DNA of 64,000 nt from Vicugna vicugna (Eukaryota), in NCBI GenBank assembly GCA_013265495.1, contig MU058198.1:6029779-6093778 (forward strand). The letters are read 5' to 3'. The translations under genes and the position numbers were made by a program. Positions 49,023-61,110 of the stretch are shown here, one piece after another. The stretch's first letter is position 1, and each line of letters opens with the position of its first letter. A model generated the notes under the pieces. It was not told the DNA's origin and did not search any database. It worked only from the letters and a program-made list of their open reading frames with translations.

Positions 49023-50789
49023 CATCTGAATGCTGGTAGAGAGGCTGACCGCTCCACCTGTAAAACCCTTCCCAAACTCCCCAGTTCTGCGGACACCAGG
49101 GAGGCAAATAGTGACGCTGTGCTGGGCATCTGTGCGGCCGCCCGCACCATGGATTGGTCTGGTGGTGATAGATGGCTTTTGTTGGCGCTGTCCTTTCTTC
49201 CCCCACCACTTCTCGGCCTTAGATCTCTCTGCTGCTATCCATGGATTAAGATTTATGGCTCCCTCAGCCTTGTAATACTTGGGTGGACAGCGGCCTAATC
49301 AACAGAGCCGTCGTTTACCAAAATGCTGTCAGATTTGATGAACGTCATCGGCTCTTAGCATTAAATTGGTAGTGAAGGGATTGGCCTTCCAGCAATTTAC
49401 TGTGGGGTGGGCTTTCCATAAAGGCTTGGAAAGCAAGTTCATGGCAATTATTAAAGCAAAGGCTTCGCTCTTGCTCTGCTGCTGTATCCGGTTTCCTGTT
49501 GGGGGCCAGGGAGCTTAAACACCTCCAGGAAATCTCACAAGGGAAAATGTGAAGTGTGTGGGGCCTTTCCCTTTGTTATCTTTTCTTCCTGAGTTTTGAA
49601 AACCCCTGCAGTGAGGACAATAAATGAAACAACCCATAAAGCATCAGCTTTTATAGTGACCTTGCGCGACACAGACTGTCAGAGTGTCGAGCGCTGTTAT
49701 TTGTAAGAGATCAGACAGATCCGGGAAGAACATATCAAATAAGGTAGATTTATTCCCCACCCCAACCCAAAGCTACCTCTGTCCGGAACGTCAGAGCTCT
49801 CCTACCTCTAGGGGGAGCCATTTACATACTGCACAACCTGTACAACCATCCAGGGCAGCCCCCAGCCTTGCTATTTTTTTCTAATTGACAATAAGCATTA
49901 ATGCACACCTCTTAGAATACTTTGCTAAGGTGGTGGCCGATACACACACAAAAAACTCTGGGTATGACACTGGGCTGAGTGTGGCTGAGTAGAAAAACTG
50001 GGTATTTAGGCGTCAAGGCTTTTATATCCCATTCGCAAGGGACTACCAGGTCTGGGCGCCAGCAAGTAGGCAGGAGAAGCAGCCGCTTGGAAACACCCAC
50101 TCTGGGTAAAGCAGTGTGCCAGGCGGGAAGCCAGCCAGGAGCTCGGCATCATCCTTGTAGGGAGCGGATGGGCGTGCCTGGGGGCTGGGTTGGAACCTGC
50201 CACCTTGTGCTCCTCAGAGGCAGGGGGGCGTCCTCATGTGGGCAGGGCTGCTCTCCATCTCCTCCCAGTGGTAGCAGAGGCACCTCCTGGGGCCGGAGCG
50301 GGAGCGCAGGACAGATGGAGAGACTATTTATTTCCCTCTCCAGCACCCACTCAGCATTTAGAAACTCTTTCTGCACCACATTAATTTTGTCACAAGTTGC
50401 TTCCTAAACACATCTTTCCGTTATGTATGCTATGTGGGCTCCTTGAGGCCAGGGCATTGGTTTAATTTTTTTTCTTTTTTCTTTCTTTCTTTTTTTTTTT
50501 TTTTTTGTATCTTGACATGTTTCTAGAACCCTGTGTGCAGTTAGCATTCACTAAGGACTTGCTGATTAAGTCCCTTAATGCCTATTGCAGACTTGTCTCC
50601 TGACATCTTGGGGAGGCAAGCAGTCATGCTAAGCTTTTGGGAGGGAGATACTTCTAGGGAAATTGAGGATGGAAAAGCTGCAGAACAGAGGGACATATGT
50701 GGACTCTTCTTGAATGCTGAGCTCTTTCTCATGTTTATAATTCAAAACAGTCTAGCAGAGCTGCATTAATCTTGCCTCTCTTACTTGCC

Positions 50790-51170
50790 AGTGGGGAAAT
50801 ACCCACTTCAGGCATGGCTGGATCCAGGTGCTCAGACAATGTACCAGGCTCATTCTCCATCACCCAACTCTGCTTTTCCGCATGTTGCTCTGAGTGAAAC
50901 AAGATGGCCACCAGCAGCTCCCAACCCTGTCACCTGCTGCTTCATTTCTTTGGCTTCCCCAAACCAATCACCCAGACACTGTAGACCAGTGGGATCTAAT
51001 GCTCAGACAGGCCAGGCCTGGGTCATTTGCTCCATCTATCCCTAGACTCAGTTCCACATGAACACTTGGACTGAGGGTGGGGATGGGGAGGATTTCCAAA
51101 AAGAAAACCAGGGTACTTTCAGCAGAAGACAGGGAAGGCAGAAACAATTTCGCCCACTGCAAAACCTCAT
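50790..51170 (-). mobile_element. MLT1K/L-like MaLR LTR
   Basis: cttcaggcatggctggatccaggtgctca...ctctgctttt...aagatggccaccagcagctcc...aaccaatcac. Confidence 0.65.
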
Positions 51171-52135
51171 GGTCCTCCTGATCTCACACTGCTCCGACTT
51201 TAACATGCATAGAAACCACCTGGGTTCTTGCTAAAATGCAGATTCTGATCCCTAGGTCTGAGGTGGGGCTTGAAATTTTGCATTTCTCACAAATGCCCAG
51301 GAGAAGCCATCATTGCTGGTCCTTGGATGGCACGTGGAGTAGCGAGGTCCTAGTCCCAGCCCTCCCTCTCCAGAGAAAGGAGCAGAAACCCATGGAGGGG
51401 CCAGGCTGCTCCCCAGGCCTGCCTGGTGGTCCTCCCTCCGTTCTCCCTCCTTTCCCTCCCTCCTCTCTTGTGCTGTTTGCATTTGAGCGTTATTGAGTGG
51501 TTCCATGGAGGAGGGAGACACACATTGTGGAAAATCCATCCCAGCCGTGAATTTCAAAGCCTTCACAGCTTCATCCTGGCCCGAGGCAGGAAAGCCCCCA
51601 GGAGTCTCCTGGTCTCAAAGCTCCAGTTTCATAGATTCCATGGGATGCTTGCTCTCCACGGACCCCACTGCTGGCACCAACAGATGCTCTGAAAGCAAGT
51701 TGATGAAGCCTGGGGAGCAGCAACACCACACTTGGTGCCAGAGCCCAAGGCAATGAGGCTGATGGTCAAAAAGAAGACGGGATGGAGTGTACAGTTCCAG
51801 AAACAGCAAGGCGCACTTGGAGTCTAGGGGGCCATCGCCATGCGATAGGATCTCCTGCGGAAGGAAAAGTGTCCCAGGGCACCTTCCTTCTGCACCTCTG
51901 AACCCTCCCCATTCTCTGATGGGGGGCTCCCTGCCTGCCTTTTTCTGCCTCTTACACTCTCCAAGGTCTTTTCCTGGAATGATTTTGTAGCCGAGCCCCT
52001 GCCCTTTTGGTGTTAAATATTCTCAGGAAATTCTTGAATCCGTCTCTATTCTCCCCAAAGGCCACTGTGGCCCAGAATGGATATCTTTCTTCTTCACGTG
52101 CCTGGTGGGGGCCATATAGTGTGGAAGTTCAGAGC

Positions 52136-52352
52136 CAGGGTCATTCAGCAAACTTCAGCCCTTGGACCGAATTTGGCCACAGTCTGTTTCTGTAAGGAAA
52201 GTATTTTGGGGGCACAGCCACACCCCATTTATTTAGGCATTATCCATGGCTGTTTTGAGCTACGATGGGACAGTTGAATATTGTGCAAAGACCAGAGGAC
52301 TGGCAAAGCTTTAAAATATTTACTCTTTACAAGAAACATTGGCCCCTCCCTG
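52136..52352 (+). mobile_element. MER58A-like element
   Basis: caggg..cagcaaact.cagccc.tggaccgaatttggcc...cacagccacacc.catttattta...tggctgtttt...aaaatatttact. Confidence 0.75.
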
Positions 52353-53409
52353 GTTTTGGGTAAGGCCCCCAGAGCCACTGCTGGTGTTCAAATCTAGACT
52401 CTGTGGCTTCCTAGCTGTGTGACGTTGGGCACGCGGCATACACTCTCATGAATCAGTTTCCCCCTGGTGTTGCCGTGAGGACTAAACGAGCAAAGGCCCC
52501 TGAAGCTCTTGGAGTGGCACCCGGTCTGCATTAAGTGGTGCCCAGTGTGAAAACACCGACGGCGGGGAGTGGGAGCCCGGGCAGTGTGGACACGGATGAG
52601 AAAGGAGTTCCCTTCTAATGGAGGAGAGTCCTGCAGGGCAATAAGGCTCGCAATCTTCATTATCAACATAATAGTTCAGTTCTCTAAGCTTGTGAGGAAG
52701 CTGAGTCTTAACCCAGGAGTGGAAGGTTCTAACTCTGGAGCATCAAGGGAAATGCATGCTCTAAATCTCCCTTGACTGTCTCTTGGCTGGGAAATAGGTC
52801 CAGTACACGTGGCTTGATGGACCTCTTCTGTCTCTCAGATTTAAAAAGGCCCTGGCTCTCGGATTCGTGCACCTGCACGGCCTCACTGCTAGGGGGCACC
52901 TCCTTAGATGCTGCTCCCTGGGTGCCTGGCTCACCCTGCCCTGGTCCCAGGTCCAGCGAGCGCAGCTGATGCTGGAGTCAGAGCATTGAACCAGGGGCCG
53001 TTTCTTTAGCTGACTCACAGATATACCGGCATCTGGTTCCTGGGTCCATGGTGGACGGAACATACACTTGAGGGGAGGTCTGTTCCCAGGGTGAGTTGAT
53101 GCCACATAAGGTGAATCGTGCAGCCCCAGTGCGCTGTGTGTCACAGCCCCTCGTCGAGGGCTGAGCCCATCCCTGTGACTCATCCCCGTGGCAGTTCTGT
53201 GAGGAAGGTGGTGTTAGTGCCGCTCTAACAGATGTGGAAACTGGTCCTCGGTGAGGGTACATGACTTGCCCAGGGCTGCACAGGGAAGAATCATCAGGGT
53301 TCCAGGAAGTGAACCCATCTGGGTGAGTTTAGAACCTGGGCCCTAAATCACACGTGAGCAACTCTAAAACAGCCACGAAGAGCGACAGGTGCCTGGGAGA
53401 GGGTTATCC

Positions 53410-55070
53410 ACGAGGATGCAGCTCAGCTTCACGTAACGGACCCTGGACCACTGGGGCTTACAAACTCGTTGTTTTTCCTCTCATGTGAAGAAGGCATTTG
53501 GAGGCAGCCAGGCAGCCGGGTTGGTGGGACGGGTGATTGATGCCCCCCGGGGCCCAGGCTCCTCCTGTTTTTCCGCTAGGCTTTTAGCGTGTGGCTTGCT
53601 TTCTTATTCTCAGAAGACGGCTACTCTGCTCCCAAACATCATGTACATTTCGTCAGGAAGAAAGGTAGAAAGATGAAGGGCAAAAATCCTTGTCACTGAG
53701 TCTTGATTCACAAGATGACAGTGGCGTCCTCGGCAGCTCCTCCAGCCACTCCCATCTACCTCACATGCCATCCCAGCTGCAAAGGCATCCAGTGACATGA
53801 CCATCTTACAGGGGGCTCATTGCCACCTCGATAGAATTTGGGTTCCATTAAGTCAGGATGGAGAGGGCGGTGGATGGCTGTTGGGTGGGCAGAGAGTGTC
53901 TCCAAAGTTTCAGTAGGACTTGGATACATGGAGAAGTTTTGGGAGGGTGGTGTTAGGATTGGGAGAATAGCCTGAGCAAACGCACAGAGTGGGAGAGCTT
54001 AGGGCGCAGGCGAGAGTCCAGACTTTGTCGCAAATAACATAAATCCTCTTTGCATTGGCTTAAGCAAAAGAGAGTTTCTGTGGTGTCTTGTTTCAGGCAT
54101 GGCTGGATCCAGGGGTCCTAAACAAATCCACTAGGACTCTACTTCAGTCTCTCTGTTGTCTTTATCTCTGTGGGAGGGGCAGGATGGTCCCCAGCAGCTC
54201 CTGGCAGGCCTGACTTTAGTTCAGCACCCCTGCAGGAAGAGAGCACCTCCTCCCACGGCTCTAGCAAGATGTCTTGGGCCACTCTCATTGGCTGCCTTAG
54301 GTCTGTTCCTGCCCCTGAACCGCTGGCCAGGGTGTGTTGTGAGGGATGGAATAGACTGATTGGCCAGACCGGAGTCATGCTCCTGCCCTCCCTTGGACCA
54401 CACGTGGATTGACAGTGGGGGAGGGAAGTGAGGAAGGCATTTCCTGAAGGCCGGGGAATGGATGCTGGGCTGACAAAGCTGCAGATCCTGGGAGTATGGG
54501 AAGCAGTTGTGCTTGGCCCGGAGTGTCAGATGTGTGTGTGTGTGCACAGGGCTCAGTGGAGGAAAGATAGGTTGGGGCTGGATTGTAGAGAACTTTGCCT
54601 GCCCTGTTTTACTGTCTAGGGTACAGGTCTGGCTGCTAAAGCAAGGAGACCCCAACAAGAGTGGCTTAAACAACACAGCAGGTGATGTCTCCAACAGCAG
54701 TTTAGCAGTGGGGATGCACCTTGCTCCGAACAGTCTCGGAGGAACCTGGACACAACCTCTTTTGTCCCTCCAGCTTCCTCCAGATGGTGCCTTCTCCCTA
54801 CAGTCCCCAGCAGCTTACGGCCACCTCCTCATTCCAGTTGACGGGAAGGGGAGCAGGGCAAGGAGCAGGGAAGGGCATCTCCTTCCCCTCCAGGCACAGC
54901 CTCAAAGATGCACACACCCCTCTCTGACATACACACCTCATGAGCGGGAATGTGTTCACCTGCTCCCGCCCAGCCGCAGGGGACACTGGGAGTGCCAAGT
55001 GCACATCTGGAAATTCAGTGCCAGAGAGGAAGGGGAAACGGACACTGGGGGACAGCCTGCGGGCTGCCAC
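53410..55070 (-). mobile_element. Cluster of about three MLT1 LTR remnants (about 53410-53900, 54020-54490, 54615-55070)
   Basis: ggcttacaaac...ttcctctcatgtgaagaag; tggcttaagcaaaa...ttcaggcatggctggatccagggg; agtggcttaaacaa..; caagatg.c.g motifs. Boundaries approximate. Confidence 0.55.
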
Positions 55071-55587
55071 ACCAGGCCAAGGAGTGGGTTTCCCGAAGAA
55101 TGATCTGACGAATGCTAGGAGGAAGAGGCCCCACTACACAGCTTCCATGGCCCCAAAAGTCTGGGATATGTTCCATCCTGTATTCTATTTTAAGATATCC
55201 ACAGTGTGTGTGTGGAGGAGTGGGTCGGGGTGCATATTAAAGGCCCCAAGAAGTCCTGGCCAAAAAACCAGGGCTTTCCTAAACTTACTTGATTAGTAGT
55301 TTAACACCTATTAAAATTCTACTGATAAGTTATTTCAAGACAAAAAAACTACTAAAAAAATTCTGCTGCAGACTTCGGGCAGGAGGACTCAGTAAAGACT
55401 TGAGTGGGGGTGGTGTGACGCATCCAGGCCGGCCTGCACGGGATGACGCGGGTCAGGTGCATCCTGACCCAACCGCTGTCACCTGTAGGCATGCCACCTG
55501 GCAGTGAGCCCCAACAGCGCCCACCTCTTGGAGGAATCAAGGTGTTCATTCCGCTGTCTCTGAAATTGTCTGACTTTTTGTGTGTAG

Positions 55588-55719
55588 AAATCTGTGCAGA
55601 TCAGAACAGAAGCTGGCCCGCGGCTCCACATCGAACCCCCTTTGGACAGTGCGGAAGATTTTGAGCCATGTGGGGATGTGACTGTCAGGGAAAAGGATGC
55701 TTCTAGGGACCGTCCACAG
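55588..55719 (+). CDS. KATNIP: KATNIP coding exon 6 (132 nt): KSVQIRTEAGPRLHIEPPLDSAEDFEPCGDVTVREKDASRDRPQ
   Basis: Acceptor tgactttttgtgtgtag|, donor |gtagga; phase 0-0. Overlaps ORF 55594..55830 and matches KIAA0556 KSVQIRTEAGPRLHIEPP. Confidence 0.94.
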
Positions 55720-56154
55720 GTAGGACTGGCCCCTGCTCGGTGCTACAGTGGCTTTTGGGGGCTCATTCTAACAGTTTCTCATTCCTTCCGTCTCGATCCC
55801 CTGCCTTCCTTCACTCTTCCTTCACACTAACGAGTATCCAAATCATTTGCTAGACACTCCACTAGGTACCCAGTGTCCAGAGGCCAAAAGAGGCAACAGC
55901 ACATAATCCCTCTACTGCAAGAGGGAGCCAAGAGGTAGGACAGGGTGTAGAGCATCTAGGAAGGCTTCCTGGAGGGAGTGACATTTGCCTGGTTTCTAAA
56001 AGCTGGGTAAGAGTGTGAGGGCCAAGGAAGTGAAGGTAGGTGAGCTGAGCTGATCCTCAGCCTGGCCGCCCCTGTATGCATGCAACTGTTGTTAAATATT
56101 TGGAATATCATTTCACTTCTAAAATCCTTGAAACTGCAACAGTGCATCCCAGGC

Positions 56155-56700
56155 TTCCACTCAACAAGCATTTGTTGGTCACCTACTTTTGAGCATCAGG
56201 CTCTGTCTTTGGCACTAGATGCACAGAAATGAACAAAACTGACAGGGGACCAATTCTTAAGCCATTTATGTTCTAGAGGAGGAGGCAGACAATATAGAAT
56301 AAAACCAAGAAATAAATAATGTGATCATTTCAGGTATTGATATGTTCTAGGGGGAAAAACAAGGGGGAGATGGGCTAGCATGGGGATGGAACAGTGTGGG
56401 AAAGTGGGAGCATTAGACAGGGGAGAGAGAAGGAACACTTCTCCCAGGTGTGACATTTCAGCTGAAATTTGATGGATAAGAAGGAGCCAGCTTGGGAGCG
56501 ATCAATGGGAAAAGCATTCCAGGCAGAGGGAACAGCAAGCACAGATGACGTGAGGCTGGGCTTGTTCAAGGCGCTCAATGCAGGCGTGTTGTAAGCAAGG
56601 GGCAGTCAGAAGGAGATGCGGTTGAAGGGGCAGCGGGGCAGACCACGGCATGCGCAGTGAGCCTAGTGAGGGTAAGGATGGAGCATTGGATTTTATTTCA
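56155..56700 (-). mobile_element. L2 remnant
   Basis: actcaacaagcatttgttg.tcacctact...gaaatgaacaaaac...tttatgttctag.ggaggaggcagacaata...aaagcattccaggcagagggaacagcaag. Confidence 0.8.
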
Positions 56701-59401
56701 AGGGCATTGCTTTTATAATTAGAATGAGTGTGTAGATCATCTCTATGGTTATGTACAAGCTAAATTTTAGGGAGGAGGCAAAGTCAAGTTGCTAAGCTAG
56801 TCCTGCCCTGTTTGCCAGAATGAGACTGTTCAGCCATGGGCCCAGGCTATAGATTCCAAGAGCCTCATCGGAAGGACAAAATCTTCGTTCTGTGTGCCAC
56901 TTCTGTACCCTAAACCTGCTTTTCTGAAATGAAAATGATTCACAAAGGAGATGCGGATGCCATCCAGGAAACACTCGTCTGATCACCATTGCACATTGGT
57001 GTTTCCGTCTTAGCTTGTAAGGATGGACAATTACAGAGCAAGGGATCACTTTTGTTTCACATTCTGGCTACAAACATTCTGAAAGTTAATTGCAAATGTT
57101 TGTCTTCCTGGCAAAAAAGAGTCCTTTTGTATGGAATGACCCAGTGACCTTATCACCTTCAACAGTCCACAGAAATGTGATTTTACAGTGGGCAAAATTG
57201 TGGACTTTATTACCTTTAACACCCACCTCTCACACAACACACACACACCCACCCACATACTTGCTTTTGAATCAACCAAACAGCCCCCCGCTCAGGATCA
57301 GTCTGTGCAAACAGCCATCGGCCTCTCTTAGTTGGGGAGGCTGGATCGCAGCCAGGTTCAGTCTATTGTAGCCCTAGCCCTGCCCCATGTCTCAGAATGC
57401 CTGCATGTCCTTCAAGCAAGAGGCATGGTACTTCCCTCTTCTCCTTTGGCCATTTGGTACCTCGGTTAAATGGACATATATTCCTTCCTTTGCAAGCCCC
57501 CAAGCTCCCTGCAACGCCAGGCAGCCTGTCCCTCACAAGCTATTAAGCTCCATTAGCATTCCTGGGCGCGCGTGCTCCGAATCAGCGTCGCCCTGCTCGC
57601 CTGCACTTAATTTTCTCCGCCGTGAGTGCTTGATTGTATTTCTTCCTTCCCTTTTTTCTCCCCGTCTTGAGGGGGCACTCCGTAAGGCTTCACAGTCAAT
57701 TTCCCCTTGGAGTTATTTTCCTGCTAAGTGAAAGAGTAAAATGGCCATGCCGCTTTGGGGCAAAGGCAGAAGCCTTAAGAGATGCAATCTGAACAGGGAA
57801 GGGGGAAAAACAAGCATGTGGCTAAATATACTCAGCCCCCTTCACACTGTTCGCCAGCACAGCCTGACGTGGAGCAAAAGGAATTGCTGTCTGCGTGTGC
57901 ACTTTTCATCTGACCTTCACTGTTAAAACACACCAGCCTTTTCACCTTCCATCGTCTCCTTAGTCAACTTCAGTTTCTTGGCGCTCTGAGTTCACAGACT
58001 GTCATGTACATCCGGGTTCTGTTGGCCTCTACCCGCCGTTGACTGTGCTTTTGAAAGATGTGAATTACAAGCCGACTTTTAAGAATTAGGAAATTCCATG
58101 TCAAAATCTGAACTGGGGACTCCTCTTGAAAAATGGAAAGATTTGGGAACCCCATTCTTAAACGACAGTGGAGGAGAAGGGAGCTGGGGAGTGAGCAGGA
58201 GGAGAAGAGCTTCCAAATACAGGGAGCAGCAGGTGCCAAAGCCCTGAGGCAGGTGGACAGCAGGGCGGCCATTGTGGCTGCAGCTGAGCGAGCAAGGAAG
58301 TGAGGCCAGAGAAGTACTCAATGCTCAGATGGCTGAGGGCTTTGAGCACTGAGGTGAAGATGAGGGGTTCTACTTTGAGTCAGAGAGCAGTTTAACAACT
58401 CCAGGGAAAGAAAGATGCCTCTTTCTAGAGAGTTCCACCAAAGTTCCAGGTCTTGGTCACATTGGTTTTTCTTGGGCTGTGTGTCACAATGGATGATTAG
58501 GCTCCATTTAAATGCTTTCAGTTTCATTTAAGAACCAAGAATGAACTTTTAAATTTTTTTCTATTATTAAGATATCCTTTGTTCCCTGATAATACATGAT
58601 CAGCATTAAAAATTCAAATGATACAAAGTAAAGTCCTTTCATATTCCCACTGCCCCAGAGATGGTTCCTGTGGATGGGTAGGTATATAACCATCCAGACT
58701 AAAAATTGCATATACCCATTATATTCATTGAAAGCATATATTAATTATACCCAAGGCAAGGTAGGTGATCTGGAAGGTTCTGGTCCTGGCCTATTCCCAG
58801 TGAGTGGTGGTTTCCATGTTTAGTTGTCAGTCCTCGAGAGTATGACAGGGGATGGGAAGAAGATTTGCCCCGCCAGCCCCTCCTGACATCTGCTGGAATG
58901 CCTTCTCCGTGTGCCTTCTCTATTGTGTGGATCCTGGGGTGGCATGAATTGGATATTTGCCCACAATTACAAGTCAGTGTTTTACAGCCCTTGTTACTTG
59001 CTGACACAGATGAACAACTAAAGACCTGTCTCAACCCACGTGCCACCAGCAGTGCCACGTGTGGACTCTTCCGGGGGCCCATTGCGGTTCACCCACCTGT
59101 GAGTGCTGTGTAGGCGAGGCAGCTGTGCTGTCGGGCCAAACACCCCCCAGGGGAACAGCCCAGCCCCTCTGTCCCTGGCGGGGCTCTTCAGCAAATCCTT
59201 TCAGTCACCCTTCATTAATTTCAATGGTGAGACTGAAAAAGGAGGGGATAGTTTCTAGGGCAGTTCTATTGCTTGGGAACTTCTGTTTAAGGTTACCATA
59301 TAAATAACCTTTGAGCAAATGCCTTTTTTTTTCCTTGATTTTTTTTATTGTTCTTTCCACATAAACAGGATTATACCATCAACACTATTTGATAGTCCCA
59401 C

Positions 59402-59554
59402 TTTAAAAAAAAACTGGGGGGTTGGTAATTAGGTTTATTTATTTTTAATGGCAGTGCTGGGGATTGAACCTGGGACCCCGTGCATGCTAAGCATGTGCTC
59501 TACCACTGAGCTATGCTCCACCACTGAGCTATACTCTCCCACCCATCCTCCCCC
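59402..59554 (-). mobile_element. Camelid tRNA-Ala-derived SINE (Vic-1-like)
   Basis: Reverse complement ...tagctcagtggtagagcacatgcttagcatgcacggggtcccaggttcaatccccagca...aaataaataaacctaattacc. Perfect TSD gatagtcccac (59391-59401, 59555-59565). Confidence 0.88.
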
Positions 59555-60689
59555 GATAGTCCCACCTTTTTAAGTCAAAACATCATGCCAGGGCCATCTC
59601 ACCACACCGGTCCTCACTCAGCCATCTGAACCCAGTGGCTCCAAGTGCTGTTTAGATTGTTGGCGGCCTAAGTTTGAATCCCGGTCCATTTACCAGCTGT
59701 GTTCCTGCAATGGTGTTGATAAAGCAGGGATGAGTTTTATCAGATCAGCTTTGTGAGCAAAAACAGAGAATGACTTAGTGAGGAGGGAGACGTGAGGCAC
59801 AGAGACTGATAGAAAAAGGGCCCCGTACACCTCCAGAGCTGTCAGTTGCTTTTTACCATGCCCAGTTCTCTCTGCTTGTCCCTAGGGTACCAAATCTCCC
59901 ACCAGCACCACGCCCTGTGATTTTAATTTCTCCCTTCCGAACTCACATGGACACCTTGACCCTCCAAGCTGTACGGACAAAGAAAGGATCCTCTTAACTA
60001 TTCAGGATGTAATGGTAAGATTGACTTTCACATCCTAACCATGCAAGGCCAGGGTCTTTCCCATACCAAGCAGCTGGTCCATAGGGGAGACCCCACCAGA
60101 GAATCTTCATGGATTTCCGGGAAAACAGCTCAGATCATAACAGGATTTGGTGTTAATGAAAATACTCTGGCCCACCCACCAGAAGATTTCAAACAACATG
60201 CAAGATATATGACTCAGTAACACTGTTTTCTCTAATGAGAGTAAAAGCTCATATTAGATGAGCAGGTACTCTGCGCCAAGCACTGTGCAGAGTGTATGAC
60301 ATCCGTCACTGCATTCATTAACCCTGTGATTTAAGTGCCATTTTCATTCTCATTTTGTAGTTTGTGGAAATGGAGGAATGATGTTGTTCACCCAGACCTC
60401 AGAGAAGCTCAGACCCCATGACTCCTTGTTCCATGGAATTAACAGTCACGGGCCAGGAACTGCGCTGAGCTGATTTTGCTTCCGAAAGTACCTAGCTCTT
60501 TCGGGGCAGGGTCTGTTGTGAATATTATTGATGTTCTGCCTGGGGGCGAGGTGTTCAGAGGTGGCCATCCATCAGTTATGCTTAACTGTTTTAAATGATG
60601 ATGGAGAAGACCTCTTCTCTGCCAAGTATTTCCCCAGTGAGCCCATAGCTGGGAACATCGATGAAAAATGTTTTTCAAAAGTAAAATCC

Positions 60690-61110
60690 AATAAGGAAAC
60701 AACCAGACAAAGCCAAATTGAGGGACAATTTAGAAAACAACTGGCCTGGAGTCTTTTAAAATGTCAGTTGCATAAGAGACAGAGAAAGGGTTCCAGATTA
60801 AAAGACGCTAAAGTCATGCAGCAGTTATGTGATGGGAGATCTTTGTGGGGGTGGGGGGGATTGCTATAAATTTAAGGATTGTTTGGGGACATGAATGAAA
60901 TTGGAAAATGAACTATATTGTGTTAGAAAATAATACTGTATTGATGTTAAATTTCCTGAATTCGGTAATTACATTGTGGTGATGGACGAGAAGATCCTTG
61001 TTCTCAGATCTCTGAGAACTGGTGAAGAATTGGTGAATGTAGGTGAAGGGTATTTGGGCATTCATTATACCCATCTGTTACACTACACTTACACATTTTC
61101 TGTGGGTTTT
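60690..61110 (+). mobile_element. Old L1 (L1MC-like) 3' fragment, sense orientation
   Basis: cagacaaa.ccaaattgagggaca...aactggcctg...ttccagattaaa...gtattgatgttaaatttcctga...ttgtggt.atg..gagaa.atccttgttct. Confidence 0.65.

Noticed and set aside
15614..54120. Dispersed ~25-bp repeat tcaggcatggctggatccagg as a CRISPR-like or novel repeat system
   Set aside because: Copies are kilobases apart, diverged and embedded in longer MLT1 LTR homology. There is no repeat-spacer periodicity, and the DNA is mammalian.
54507..55103. 198-aa ORF
   Set aside because: Lies over an MLT1 LTR remnant and a (TG)n tract; a chance open frame in GC-rich sequence.
55515..55535. Reverse-strand CTCF-like motif upstream of exon 6
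   Set aside because: Needs a one-base insertion in the core to fit the consensus.
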